From contig JBKHIT010000007.1 of the NCBI GenBank assembly GCA_046538485.1, positions 1 to 64,000 of the forward strand: DNA of 64,000 bases. Direction: 5' to 3'. Shown piece by piece: positions 19,386-28,216 of the stretch; within the stretch, counting starts at the first letter, position 1, and the number at the start of each line of letters is the position of its first letter. The position numbers and the translations under genes were made by a program. This DNA is from Candidatus Brocadiia bacterium. GTDB lineage: Bacteria; Planctomycetota; Brocadiia; SM23-32. Below the pieces are notes generated by a model that did no database searches, was not told the origin of the DNA, and saw only the letters and a list, made by a program, of their open reading frames with translations.

Positions 19386-20180
19386 TTAAGAAGCGAGAGT
19401 GATATTCCCCACGACGAAGCCCGGCCGCATTCGTTCGACAACTATTTCCCCCGGTAGCCAGGCAACCACCGCGCCGTCCCGGTCTATAATGCCGCTGTTG
19501 CCGGGCCACCAGACGGTTTTTGAGGACCCGACAGGGTTGCTTATGATGTAAGCGCAGTCAAGCTGGCGGGCCCTTTTCTGTGCCGTTTGTATGCTCGCGT
19601 ACATCTTCGCATGTTCGTCCCTCAATTTATCCGGATCGGGTTCGCTATCTTCGTGAATCCACCAGTCATAACCGGCTGATGGGTGACAAACCAGATCGGG
19701 CGAAAGTTTTTCAACGCGCTGCCAGAGATGAGGTTGACTGGAATCAGCGCAGATCATGAGGCACAGGGTGAGCCCGTTTATCTCGATCAGATGGCGATTA
19801 TCGTCCCCGCGCCAGTCCTCCCCATCGGGCGCGCAGCCTTTACGCTGGAAAGAGAGGGAGCCATCAGTGAGCGTGACGAGCTGGTTTATCCAGTAATGAT
19901 CATCTTTGTGCTCGACAATTCCCGCACTGATGGCAATATTGTATTGACCGGAGGCGTCCCGAAGTGTATCGATGGCCGGGTGATCGAGAGATATTGCCGT
20001 GGGCCGCAGATCCTGTTCGGCTTTATCGTGGCCGGTGATTATCATTTCCGGGAAAAGGATGAAATCAGCTCCCAGGTCGGAAGCCTGAGCGCCGAGTGTG
20101 GCGGCGATAACGGCGTTTTTTTGTGGTTGGCCTTTTACTGGAGCAAATTGTCCTGCAGCGACTGTGAATTGTTGGGGCAT
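19386..20180 (-). CDS. Carbon-nitrogen hydrolase (nitrilase superfamily)
   Basis: E-K-C triad: LFPEM, QRKG, MICAD; ATG 20180 after aaggaa. Confidence 0.85.
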   Translation of the reverse strand: MPQQFTVAAGQFAPVKGQPQKNAVIAATLGAQASDLGADFILFPEMIITGHDKAEQDLRPTAISLDHPAIDTLRDASGQYNIAISAGIVEHKDDHYWINQLVTLTDGSLSFQRKGCAPDGEDWRGDDNRHLIEINGLTLCLMICADSSQPHLWQRVEKLSPDLVCHPSAGYDWWIHEDSEPDPDKLRDEHAKMYASIQTAQKRARQLDCAYIISNPVGSSKTVWWPGNSGIIDRDGAVVAWLPGEIVVERMRPGFVVGNITLAS

Positions 20181-20342
20181 CGCAGGTTCCTTATGGAGGC
20201 ATTTGTGTATGCGTTCTCCGGTCAAAAGTTTAACGGTATATACGGATTGATAGAAAGAGTCAAAAGAACATTCGCTCATTATTGTTTTGTTTGTTAAGAT
20301 AATTTGCACAGAGGCGGTGGAATTCTGAAGAAAGTCAGAACC

Positions 20343-21368
20343 ATGATAGCGGCACGAATTAGCGATAAAGAGACGATTGAACTGGTTGAATTGGACATTC
20401 CTTCCCCCGGGGATGGTGAAGTACTTGTGCGGGTGCTTAAGTGCGGTATCTGCGGCAGCGATTTACACACCTGGCATGGGAAATGGAACAATCCTCGTCC
20501 GGGCCATGAATTTTGTGGGATTGTGGAAGAATGTGGCGACAAGGTGGAAAGCCTGAAGCCGGGCGACCGTGTTACGGCTGAATGTTTCGGACATTGTGGG
20601 GCTTGTAAGTGGTGTCGACAAGGAGATTATAATCTTTGCGAAAATAAAGTTGACGTCTTCCGGCCTGCAGGGGCTTTCGCAGAGAAAATCGTGCATCGTG
20701 CGGAAAGTGTATTTAAAGTCCCCGACTCCTTGACCGTCGCGCAGGCCGTCCTGGTGGAACCGCTGGCGGTCTCCTTCCGTGCGGTAAGCCGGGAAAGAGA
20801 AATAGAGGAGGCCAATATTGTTGTTATTGGGGGAGGGACTATCGGTCTTCTTTGTGCAGCGGTGGCACGGGCACATGGGGCGAGAAGGGTTTTTTCGATC
20901 GCTAAATACGATCATCAGGCGGAAATGGCTGACCGGATGGGCGCTACTGACGTTCTCCGTTTGGGCAAGGATGATCCCAGACAAAGAATAGAGGAGATAA
21001 CAGAAGGGCGGGGAGCCGACCTCGTTGTGGATGCTGTGGCGGCCGGAACGAGTTTTACGACTGCTCTTTCAATTGCGCGGAAGCGGGGCAAGGTTGTCGT
21101 CGTTGGGGGAGCAACCCGACCGCTTTTGAGCGGAATCGGCCCTCTTATCTGGGGAGAGTTAATGGTAACCGGATCGAGCTGTTACGCAACGACAGAGGGG
21201 CGTCGCGATTTTGAATGGGCTCTGGAGCTTACTGAAAATAAGGAGGTCTGCTCGGAGCCGATAATAACCCATATATTTTCTCTGGATGAGATTTCAGAAG
21301 CCTTTCAGACTGCGGACGACAAGGAAACAGGGGCCATCAAGGTTGTCGTGGATATTTCCGACCGGTAA
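20343..21368 (+). CDS. Zn-dependent alcohol/sugar dehydrogenase (MDR)
   Basis: CGICGSD, GHE, CGACKWC..C, GGGTIG. Confidence 0.92.
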   Translation: MIAARISDKETIELVELDIPSPGDGEVLVRVLKCGICGSDLHTWHGKWNNPRPGHEFCGIVEECGDKVESLKPGDRVTAECFGHCGACKWCRQGDYNLCENKVDVFRPAGAFAEKIVHRAESVFKVPDSLTVAQAVLVEPLAVSFRAVSREREIEEANIVVIGGGTIGLLCAAVARAHGARRVFSIAKYDHQAEMADRMGATDVLRLGKDDPRQRIEEITEGRGADLVVDAVAAGTSFTTALSIARKRGKVVVVGGATRPLLSGIGPLIWGELMVTGSSCYATTEGRRDFEWALELTENKEVCSEPIITHIFSLDEISEAFQTADDKETGAIKVVVDISDR

Positions 21369-21449
21369 TGCGATATGGGGGCAGAAATTTCTTTCTGAGA
21401 TATAATCTGGCTCTGTAGTATTCCGAGTACAAAAGGAGAAACCGATTCG

Positions 21450-22556
21450 ATGAACCAGCGCGAGTTATTTCAAGCGACCTGTGCTCACGTCCCTCATGAC
21501 GATTTTTTGTTTTACATGAATTTTACACCGGACTTGAAACGTCGAGTTTGCGAGGCCCATTGTTTGGATGAAGATGCCAATCTGTGCGAGGTATTCGGGA
21601 TGTACAATCCTGTTGGCCTGCAGTTACAGCCTCCCGAGGGACAGGAAGCCTCCGATTTTTCCGTATATTATGAGGATTATGACCGGCCGGAGGGGTCGTA
21701 TATTAATTATCTCGGAGTGTTGAATATCCCCGCCAATTTTTATCACTTTACGGGTTATGTCAGCCCCTTGAGAAATGCCCAAAGATTCGAGGATATTGAA
21801 TCGTTTCCGTATCCGGACCTGAGCGAGCATACGGAAGAGCATATGGCGGAGCAGGTTCAAACGGCGCATGAGGAGCGGCGTCCGGCAATTTGCTGGGTGG
21901 GACATATTTACGAGAATGCCTGGCAAATCCGCGGTTATCAGCAGTTTCTGGAAGATATGATGGACCGTCCCGAGTGGTGCGAGTACATTCTTGACAGATT
22001 GATGGAACGAAACAAGATCAAGGCCTGCGCGGCGGCGAGGGCCGGGGCAGATATGTTGCGAACGGGAGATGATGTGGCAAATCAGGAGACGATGATGTTT
22101 TCTCCCGATCAGTGGCGACGTTTTTTGAAGGTTCGGTGGGCGGAGATCTATGAAGCGGCCCGGAGCATAAAACCGGACATTGAGATCTGGTATCACAGCG
22201 ATGGCAACCTGGAGGCCGTTATCCCCGAATTGGTAGAGATTGGGGTGACGATTCTCAACCCCGTTCAGCCGGAATGCATGGATCCAAAAGATATAAAGGC
22301 CAGGTGGGGAGACAAGCTCGTTCTGGACGGCACAATCGGGACACAATCGACAATGCCATGGGGTTCGCCTGAGGAGGTGAGGTCGGTGATTCGACAGCGC
22401 AAAAAGGATATCGGTTATGATGGAGGTTTGATATTGTCGCCGACCCATGTCCTTGAACCAGAGGTGCCGTTGGAAAACATTCGAGCATTTATTGATGAAG
22501 CCGGCGGGATTTTGCCGCCTCTGGCGGGGGGTGAGCGGAGAAGTGGACATTCGTAA
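21450..22556 (+). CDS. Uroporphyrinogen decarboxylase-like family protein
   Basis: GDDVA, YHSDG, NPVQPE, GTIGTQ, GGLILSPTH. Confidence 0.85.
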   Translation: MNQRELFQATCAHVPHDDFLFYMNFTPDLKRRVCEAHCLDEDANLCEVFGMYNPVGLQLQPPEGQEASDFSVYYEDYDRPEGSYINYLGVLNIPANFYHFTGYVSPLRNAQRFEDIESFPYPDLSEHTEEHMAEQVQTAHEERRPAICWVGHIYENAWQIRGYQQFLEDMMDRPEWCEYILDRLMERNKIKACAAARAGADMLRTGDDVANQETMMFSPDQWRRFLKVRWAEIYEAARSIKPDIEIWYHSDGNLEAVIPELVEIGVTILNPVQPECMDPKDIKARWGDKLVLDGTIGTQSTMPWGSPEEVRSVIRQRKKDIGYDGGLILSPTHVLEPEVPLENIRAFIDEAGGILPPLAGGERRSGHS

Positions 22557-22644
22557 ACTTCATTTCGCCATCGGTCACGAAAACTGCCTGTCTGCTTTTG
22601 GAATTGAGACTGATCTTTTGGAAAGAGGTTGGGCAAACCCGAGC

Positions 22645-24138
22645 TTAAGCGCATTCAGCATCGGCCAGTCCGAGTTCTTTCGCGACTTCACGAACAAGTT
22701 TTTTGAATTGTTGGCCTCGTTCGGCGAAGTTCTCGAACATGTCGAAACTGGCGCATGCAGGAGAGAAGAGAACAGTCGAGCCGGGCATAGAGAGCCGGAA
22801 GGCAGCTTCGATCGATTCTTTGAGGGAACTGGTTTCCTCGATAAGCGGGCTGTGTCCCATATGAAGGGCCGCTTCACGCGTCAACTGGGCGATTTGAGGG
22901 CCTGTTTCACCTAAAGTTACGAGAACTTCTACTCGACGCGCGATGGCTTCTGCGAGAGGTTCGATGTCGAGGTTTTTATTATAGCCGCCTGCAATAAGCG
23001 TGATAGGGCGTTCGAAGGTTTCGATTGCACCGACTGTGGATTGGGGAATAGTGGCATCACTGTCGTTGTAGAATGTAATCCCATCGAAGATCTCGCACTG
23101 CTCCAATCGATGTTCCAGAGTGTTGAACTGGGAAAGAGCGGTGCGGATAGTGGAAACCGAACAACCGAGCCAGATAGCCGCGCCGGTTGCGGCCATTGCG
23201 TTGGCTATGTTATGGTTTCCGGGCACGCTGATCTGGTCCGTCGTGCAAATCACCTGGCGTTCGGAGTCTTTTTTCCAGAGGAGTCGGTTGCTGTGGATGC
23301 TTACTCCCTCAATGGGGTTTGTATTGGAGCCGTCCGGGGCAAAAAACATGATTTTACCCGGTAGATCTTCATCGGCCCACTGGAGGAGAGTGGGGTCGCA
23401 ATGGTTGAGAAAAGCGGCATCATGGGGTGATTGATGGGTCAGGATGTGTTTTTTTGCGTTAGCGTAGGCTTCGAATGAATGGTATCTGTCGAGGTGATTT
23501 GGCGTGAGGTTGGTGATAATCCCCAGACGGGGGGACCAATCCATATGGCCCGCATCCTCGACCTGGACGCTTGAGAGTTCGAGCACCACAAAATGATCGG
23601 ATTTTATTTGTTCGAGTTCCGGGAGCAACGAGATTCCCATATTTCCACCGAGATGGACAGGATAGGCGCTTTCTTTGAGCATTTTGGCCAGCATGGCAGT
23701 GGTGGTGGATTTGCCGACTGATCCGGTGACCGCTGTTATGGGAGCCGGGCAAGCGGCGAGGAATATGTTCATCGGAGTTGTCATCGGGACTCCGGCGTCG
23801 TGGCATTGCCTTAGGAGTTTGCTTCTCCGAGGGACGGCCGGATTCACGACGATCAGATCAGATGTGAGAAGATCTTCAATGTCGTGTCTTCCCAGCACCA
23901 AACGCAGGTCAAAATCCTCGAGTCTTTCCAATGCGGGAGAGAGTTGGTTTGCGTTTTTTTGATCGGTGACGGTAATCGATGCGCCCCGTTCTGCGAAAAA
24001 TCTGACGGCTCCTTCCCCCCCGCCAAAGAGCCCGAGGCCGATGACGGTGACGATTTTGCCGGAGACATTGCTGACTATCCGGTTGAGCTTTTGTTTTGAG
24101 CAGAAGAGGGGGAAGGGGGTGCTGACAGGGTGAGTCAT
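22645..24138 (-). CDS. murD: UDP-N-acetylmuramoyl-L-alanine--D-glutamate ligase
   Basis: VTGSVGKSTT, GGNMG, LELSS, PNHLDRY, EHRLE, SPACASFDMF. Confidence 0.9.
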   Translation of the reverse strand: MTHPVSTPFPLFCSKQKLNRIVSNVSGKIVTVIGLGLFGGGEGAVRFFAERGASITVTDQKNANQLSPALERLEDFDLRLVLGRHDIEDLLTSDLIVVNPAVPRRSKLLRQCHDAGVPMTTPMNIFLAACPAPITAVTGSVGKSTTTAMLAKMLKESAYPVHLGGNMGISLLPELEQIKSDHFVVLELSSVQVEDAGHMDWSPRLGIITNLTPNHLDRYHSFEAYANAKKHILTHQSPHDAAFLNHCDPTLLQWADEDLPGKIMFFAPDGSNTNPIEGVSIHSNRLLWKKDSERQVICTTDQISVPGNHNIANAMAATGAAIWLGCSVSTIRTALSQFNTLEHRLEQCEIFDGITFYNDSDATIPQSTVGAIETFERPITLIAGGYNKNLDIEPLAEAIARRVEVLVTLGETGPQIAQLTREAALHMGHSPLIEETSSLKESIEAAFRLSMPGSTVLFSPACASFDMFENFAERGQQFKKLVREVAKELGLADAECA

Positions 24139-24848
24139 TCGGATTGACCTTCCTTCTTGGATTTTTCCTCAGTCGGTTCCAGCGGTTCTCCCTCGTGAGC
24201 TTTCCCGATGAAGGAGGCGAGATAGCGGGCAGTTTCGAGAAAGGTTTGCTTCATTACGAAATGGTCGTTAAGGGTTTTGGGATTGGGGCCGAGGGGGGTA
24301 TTCCCGAGGTGGCGCCGCCGGTCCAGGAATTCCATAATTACTTGTCCGGTGTGGATATCGTATATGCGACCTTCGATTTGCATATCGGTAGCGCCCGAGG
24401 ACTGCAGGAAGAAAAAGAAGAAACTGAACCACCGTGCGGTCCCGGAACCCATTTTGAAGCGGGTTATCATAGCTTCCATGCGGAGGGTGGGCGAGGGAAA
24501 CTCCGCGTTTGAGTTGAGACTGAGCTCATCGAAAGTTTCCATGCGGTTAAGTTCGTGGGCAAAATAGGTTCGGAACAACGTTGTGTACCGGTTTGCCTTT
24601 TGGGGATTTTTAACCGATGTCTCTCCCACGGCGACATTTCCAATAATGAAGTTGTCGTACTGGGTGATCTGACGATCCGGGGAGAGATACACCAGAGACA
24701 GGCGTGGATCGTAACGATCGGTCATCCTATCGTAGCGGTCGAGATACTCATAGGTTCGAACCGGTTTGGGATAGGAGCAACCAGCCCATCCGAAGGCAGA
24801 GACTGCCAGCAGGAGCAAGAGTAGCTTTTTGCAAGAACCATCCCGCAT
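24135..24848 (-). CDS. Lipoprotein (DUF4410/DUF3313-like)
   Basis: Lipobox WAGC; ITRFKMGSGTARW; ATGA overlap with murD. Confidence 0.6.
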   Translation of the reverse strand: MRDGSCKKLLLLLLAVSAFGWAGCSYPKPVRTYEYLDRYDRMTDRYDPRLSLVYLSPDRQITQYDNFIIGNVAVGETSVKNPQKANRYTTLFRTYFAHELNRMETFDELSLNSNAEFPSPTLRMEAMITRFKMGSGTARWFSFFFFFLQSSGATDMQIEGRIYDIHTGQVIMEFLDRRRHLGNTPLGPNPKTLNDHFVMKQTFLETARYLASFIGKAHEGEPLEPTEEKSKKEGQSE

Positions 24849-24892
24849 TGTTTTACCCCGCTTCTAAAGCCGTGTGTGGCTTTTATCCGTTT

Positions 24893-25753
24893 TTAGCGAA
24901 TATCCATCTCGCGTGACGCCAGCTGTGCATCGGGGCGGATGAGGATTTCCGCGCGGCGATTGGCTTTACGGCCATCCGTCGTATCGTTTGTGGCGACCGG
25001 TTGCGTATCGGCCATGCCGACGGCTCGCAGTTTGCTGGAGTCAAAGTTTTCTTTTTCGATGAGATGGTGGACCACTGCAAGAGCACGGTAGCAGGACAGC
25101 TCCCAGTTGGAAGACCAATCAGAATGCCGGATCGGAACGTTGTCGGTGTGACCCCGAACCTCGATCTGAGCGTCAGGATATTGTCGCCGAACGCTGCGCG
25201 CCGCTTTTGAGAGAACTTTGCCTCCTTCGCTGGTGAGAGAAGCTTTGCCGCTCTGGAACAGCACGTCGGAGAGAATCGTAACTTTCAGCGTTTCGTCGTC
25301 CTGTTTTGTGACGGTTACGTTTCCTTTTCCGGAAGACATTTCGGCTCGTAGCTGGTGAAGTTCTTTTCGGGCTTTATCATGAGCTTCCAACAGGGCCTGT
25401 CGCTGTGCTTCGCGCTCTTTAAGCGTTTGGCGAAGTTCAGCATTTGTGGTTTCTTTGGACTGCAGTTCTTCTTCAATGGTCTCGAGTTCTTCCGGCTCAT
25501 CCGGATAATAAGACTCAGCCACAAGGGCGCCGGTGGCGCCACCTACCCCGAGACCAATCAATCCGCCGGGGAGTCCGCCCAGAGAACAAGAGTGTCCGGC
25601 AACGGCACCGATCATTCCGCCGCTGAGTCCACCAACGGTCGTTCCTTTCTTCACATTTGTGCTTTTTTGAACACTGCTGTTGACCGAGCCACACCCTGCG
25701 GTTGAGAGCAGGACTACGACAACGATTACTGCCAAAGCTTTCACCCGTTTCAT
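24893..25753 (-). CDS. OmpA/MotB-family peptidoglycan-binding lipoprotein with glycine zipper and coiled coil
   Basis: Lipobox TAGC; VLFQSG, GHTDNVP, SNWELS, NRRAEI. Confidence 0.85.
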   Translation of the reverse strand: MKRVKALAVIVVVVLLSTAGCGSVNSSVQKSTNVKKGTTVGGLSGGMIGAVAGHSCSLGGLPGGLIGLGVGGATGALVAESYYPDEPEELETIEEELQSKETTNAELRQTLKEREAQRQALLEAHDKARKELHQLRAEMSSGKGNVTVTKQDDETLKVTILSDVLFQSGKASLTSEGGKVLSKAARSVRRQYPDAQIEVRGHTDNVPIRHSDWSSNWELSCYRALAVVHHLIEKENFDSSKLRAVGMADTQPVATNDTTDGRKANRRAEILIRPDAQLASREMDIR

Positions 25754-26165
25754 AGAACCATCTCCTGAAAAGGATTGAGGTAATTGAATTAACTTACTTT
25801 TACATTTCCAAAACTACGCAACCGGGCAGGGGAGTTTCAAGAAAGCTTTGACTGGTTTTACGGAGTGGGACCGGGGGGACGCCCGATTTTGGTGGGGGAA
25901 ATTTATAACTACCGCCAGTGGCTTTTATAAGAGGTGTTTGGAAAACATGTTACGATGTTTAAGGAGTTCAAGTGCAGATCTGTTGGGAGAGGGAGAAGGG
26001 ATCTGTCGAAGAAGTAGAATGGATCATTACCAGAATTCGGCGAAGAGAAAATTACTAGCCGTTTTTGCACAAACGCGGGGAGAGCGAGTTTCAGCGGGGG
26101 AATATTACTTGGGGAGAGCAGCAAAGCCGGGGTTTTTGGCACACCAAACTGGCAGGGTGTGAGGG

Positions 26166-27161
26166 TCAGAAATTTCCAAGTGAGTTCATGACGTTAACGG
26201 CCGCCGGCCCGAGAATGACGACAAAAATAGCAGGAAAAATGAAAAATACCAGCGGGAACAGGAGCTGCACCGTCGTTTTGGCGGCTCGTTCTTCGGCTTC
26301 CTGCCGACGTTTCTCCCGGAGGGAGTCAGCGTGAATTCGCAGGGAGTGCGCCAGGTTCGTGCCGAATTTCTGGGCCTGGATAATGCGTGCCGTCAGGGCT
26401 TTAACTTCATCCACGCCCGTCCGGAGTCCGAGGTTCCGCAAACAATCCTCTCTCGGTTTCCCGGCCGAAATCTCGAGGTTTAGAAGGGCAAGTTCTTCAC
26501 TGAGATCGGGGGCGCTTTCTCGCACTTCTCTACCGACTCTCACGAGAGCGGCATCGATGGCGAGACCGGATTCAATACAAACCACCAGAAGGTCGAGAGC
26601 ATTAGGGAGCGTGAGGCGGATGTTTTCTTGCCTTTGTTTCACCTTTCGTCCCAACCAGAAGTTTGGCAGGATAAGGCCAAGTAAAAGGCCGACGGGGCAA
26701 AACTTGATCAGGCTGGGTGTAATTTCACCCAGAGGTTGGCCGGCCTGACTGGCGCGGAACAGGAAGAAACCGGCGAAAGCGAGGGGCAGGGCGACTGCCA
26801 TAGCCACTTTAGCGCCGAGGAACATCTCGGCTGCTCCTTTGCGTCGGATGCCGGCATGAACAAGCCTCTCAACGAGTTTCGTTTGTGCGCCGCCTGTGAC
26901 CGCTGCGACTCTTGAAAGAGGTTTGAGGACTTTTTCGGCCATTACCTTCTGGAGCGTTTTTTCCTTTTTCTTGCTCAGTGCAACTTCACCGACAGAATCC
27001 CCATGCTGGGACCGGTATCGACCTAATCGGTCCGAGGAATCGTCTTTTTTGCCCGTCAGAATTGCCACGACGACGAAAATTCCGACGACGAGGACAAAGA
27101 TGCCCCCGAGAATCAGAACCTGGTTGCTTATGGCAAAGACAATAGAAGACATGTTTTTCAC
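26166..27161 (-). CDS. tadC: Tad/Flp inner-membrane protein TadC
   Basis: LPNALDLLVVCIESG, QAQKFGT, AEERAAK..LLFPL. Confidence 0.9.
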   Translation of the reverse strand: MKNMSSIVFAISNQVLILGGIFVLVVGIFVVVAILTGKKDDSSDRLGRYRSQHGDSVGEVALSKKKEKTLQKVMAEKVLKPLSRVAAVTGGAQTKLVERLVHAGIRRKGAAEMFLGAKVAMAVALPLAFAGFFLFRASQAGQPLGEITPSLIKFCPVGLLLGLILPNFWLGRKVKQRQENIRLTLPNALDLLVVCIESGLAIDAALVRVGREVRESAPDLSEELALLNLEISAGKPREDCLRNLGLRTGVDEVKALTARIIQAQKFGTNLAHSLRIHADSLREKRRQEAEERAAKTTVQLLFPLVFFIFPAIFVVILGPAAVNVMNSLGNF

Positions 27162-28183
27162 ACCTTAATATCGACGATTTTTCGGATCATGATGAAACCA
27201 ATCACCTGGAAAACGAAACCAATTAGCATCAACCAGTTGCCTGTTGTGGTCTTGATGAGCTGCCCCATGTATTCAGGATTACACAGATAGAGAACGCCAC
27301 CGAGGGCAATGGGCAATCCGCCGACGATCCATCCACTCATCCGTCCCTGGGCGGTCAGGGTTCTGACCTGGCGGAGAATGCGGAATCGCTCGCGTATAGT
27401 GTTTTGGAGGCCGTCGAGCACTTCGGAAAGGTTACCACCGGTTTCTTTTTGTATCATCAATGCAGTGCAAAAAACCTGCACATCTTCAGTGTTGAGCCTT
27501 TTTCGGAGGTGCTCGAGCACCTTCCCCTGTTCTTCACCGAAGGTCAATTCATCAGCCATTATACTGAATTCATCCGCAACAGGATCTGGCATTTCGTCGG
27601 CGACATTTTGAATGGCAGCGTTAAGTGATTGACCACTTTTTACACAGCTGCTGAGCAGATCGAGAGCATCGGGGAATTGTGCTCCGAATTTTTTGATCCT
27701 GTTTTTGACAGTGAAGTGGACGTAGAGATATGGAGCTGCGGCGAGGATTAAGAATGCGGGTGGTGTGTACAGCAAAGAGAATGATCCCTGCCAGATAATG
27801 GTGATAATCGCTCCGAAAAGTCCGGCCCCAATACATATAGCCCCGAATTGGGCAACACTTATGGGCATATCCGCTTGCCGGAGTTGTGCATTTAGCAACT
27901 CTGCCCACTCCTGGCCGCCAATTTTATTCTGAAGCGCAGGTATGTTGCTGAAAGCCTTTTGCTTGACGAGTTTCCGTTTCTCTTCTTTTTTTTGCTGCTT
28001 TTCTTTTTCTCTTTCCGCAAGGTTATCGCCGAGGTTATATTCTTCGACCTGGCGGACTCCCTGAAGCCTTTCGCGGATACGGTCTGTTGAAGCTCCTTTG
28101 TTGCCCACCAGCAACCAGACACTGAGCCCGGCGAAAATAACAGATAGGAATATAAGACCGAGTATAATGATTTGGAGTGTCAT
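27158..28183 (-). CDS. tadB: Tad/Flp inner-membrane protein TadB
   Basis: QFPDALDL, IQKETGGNLSEVL, IRERF, TAQGRMSG. Confidence 0.9.
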   Translation of the reverse strand: MTLQIIILGLIFLSVIFAGLSVWLLVGNKGASTDRIRERLQGVRQVEEYNLGDNLAEREKEKQQKKEEKRKLVKQKAFSNIPALQNKIGGQEWAELLNAQLRQADMPISVAQFGAICIGAGLFGAIITIIWQGSFSLLYTPPAFLILAAAPYLYVHFTVKNRIKKFGAQFPDALDLLSSCVKSGQSLNAAIQNVADEMPDPVADEFSIMADELTFGEEQGKVLEHLRKRLNTEDVQVFCTALMIQKETGGNLSEVLDGLQNTIRERFRILRQVRTLTAQGRMSGWIVGGLPIALGGVLYLCNPEYMGQLIKTTTGNWLMLIGFVFQVIGFIMIRKIVDIKV

Positions 28184-28216
28184 TTGTTGGTTTTCCTGAG
28201 GCGAATGGAATATGGA

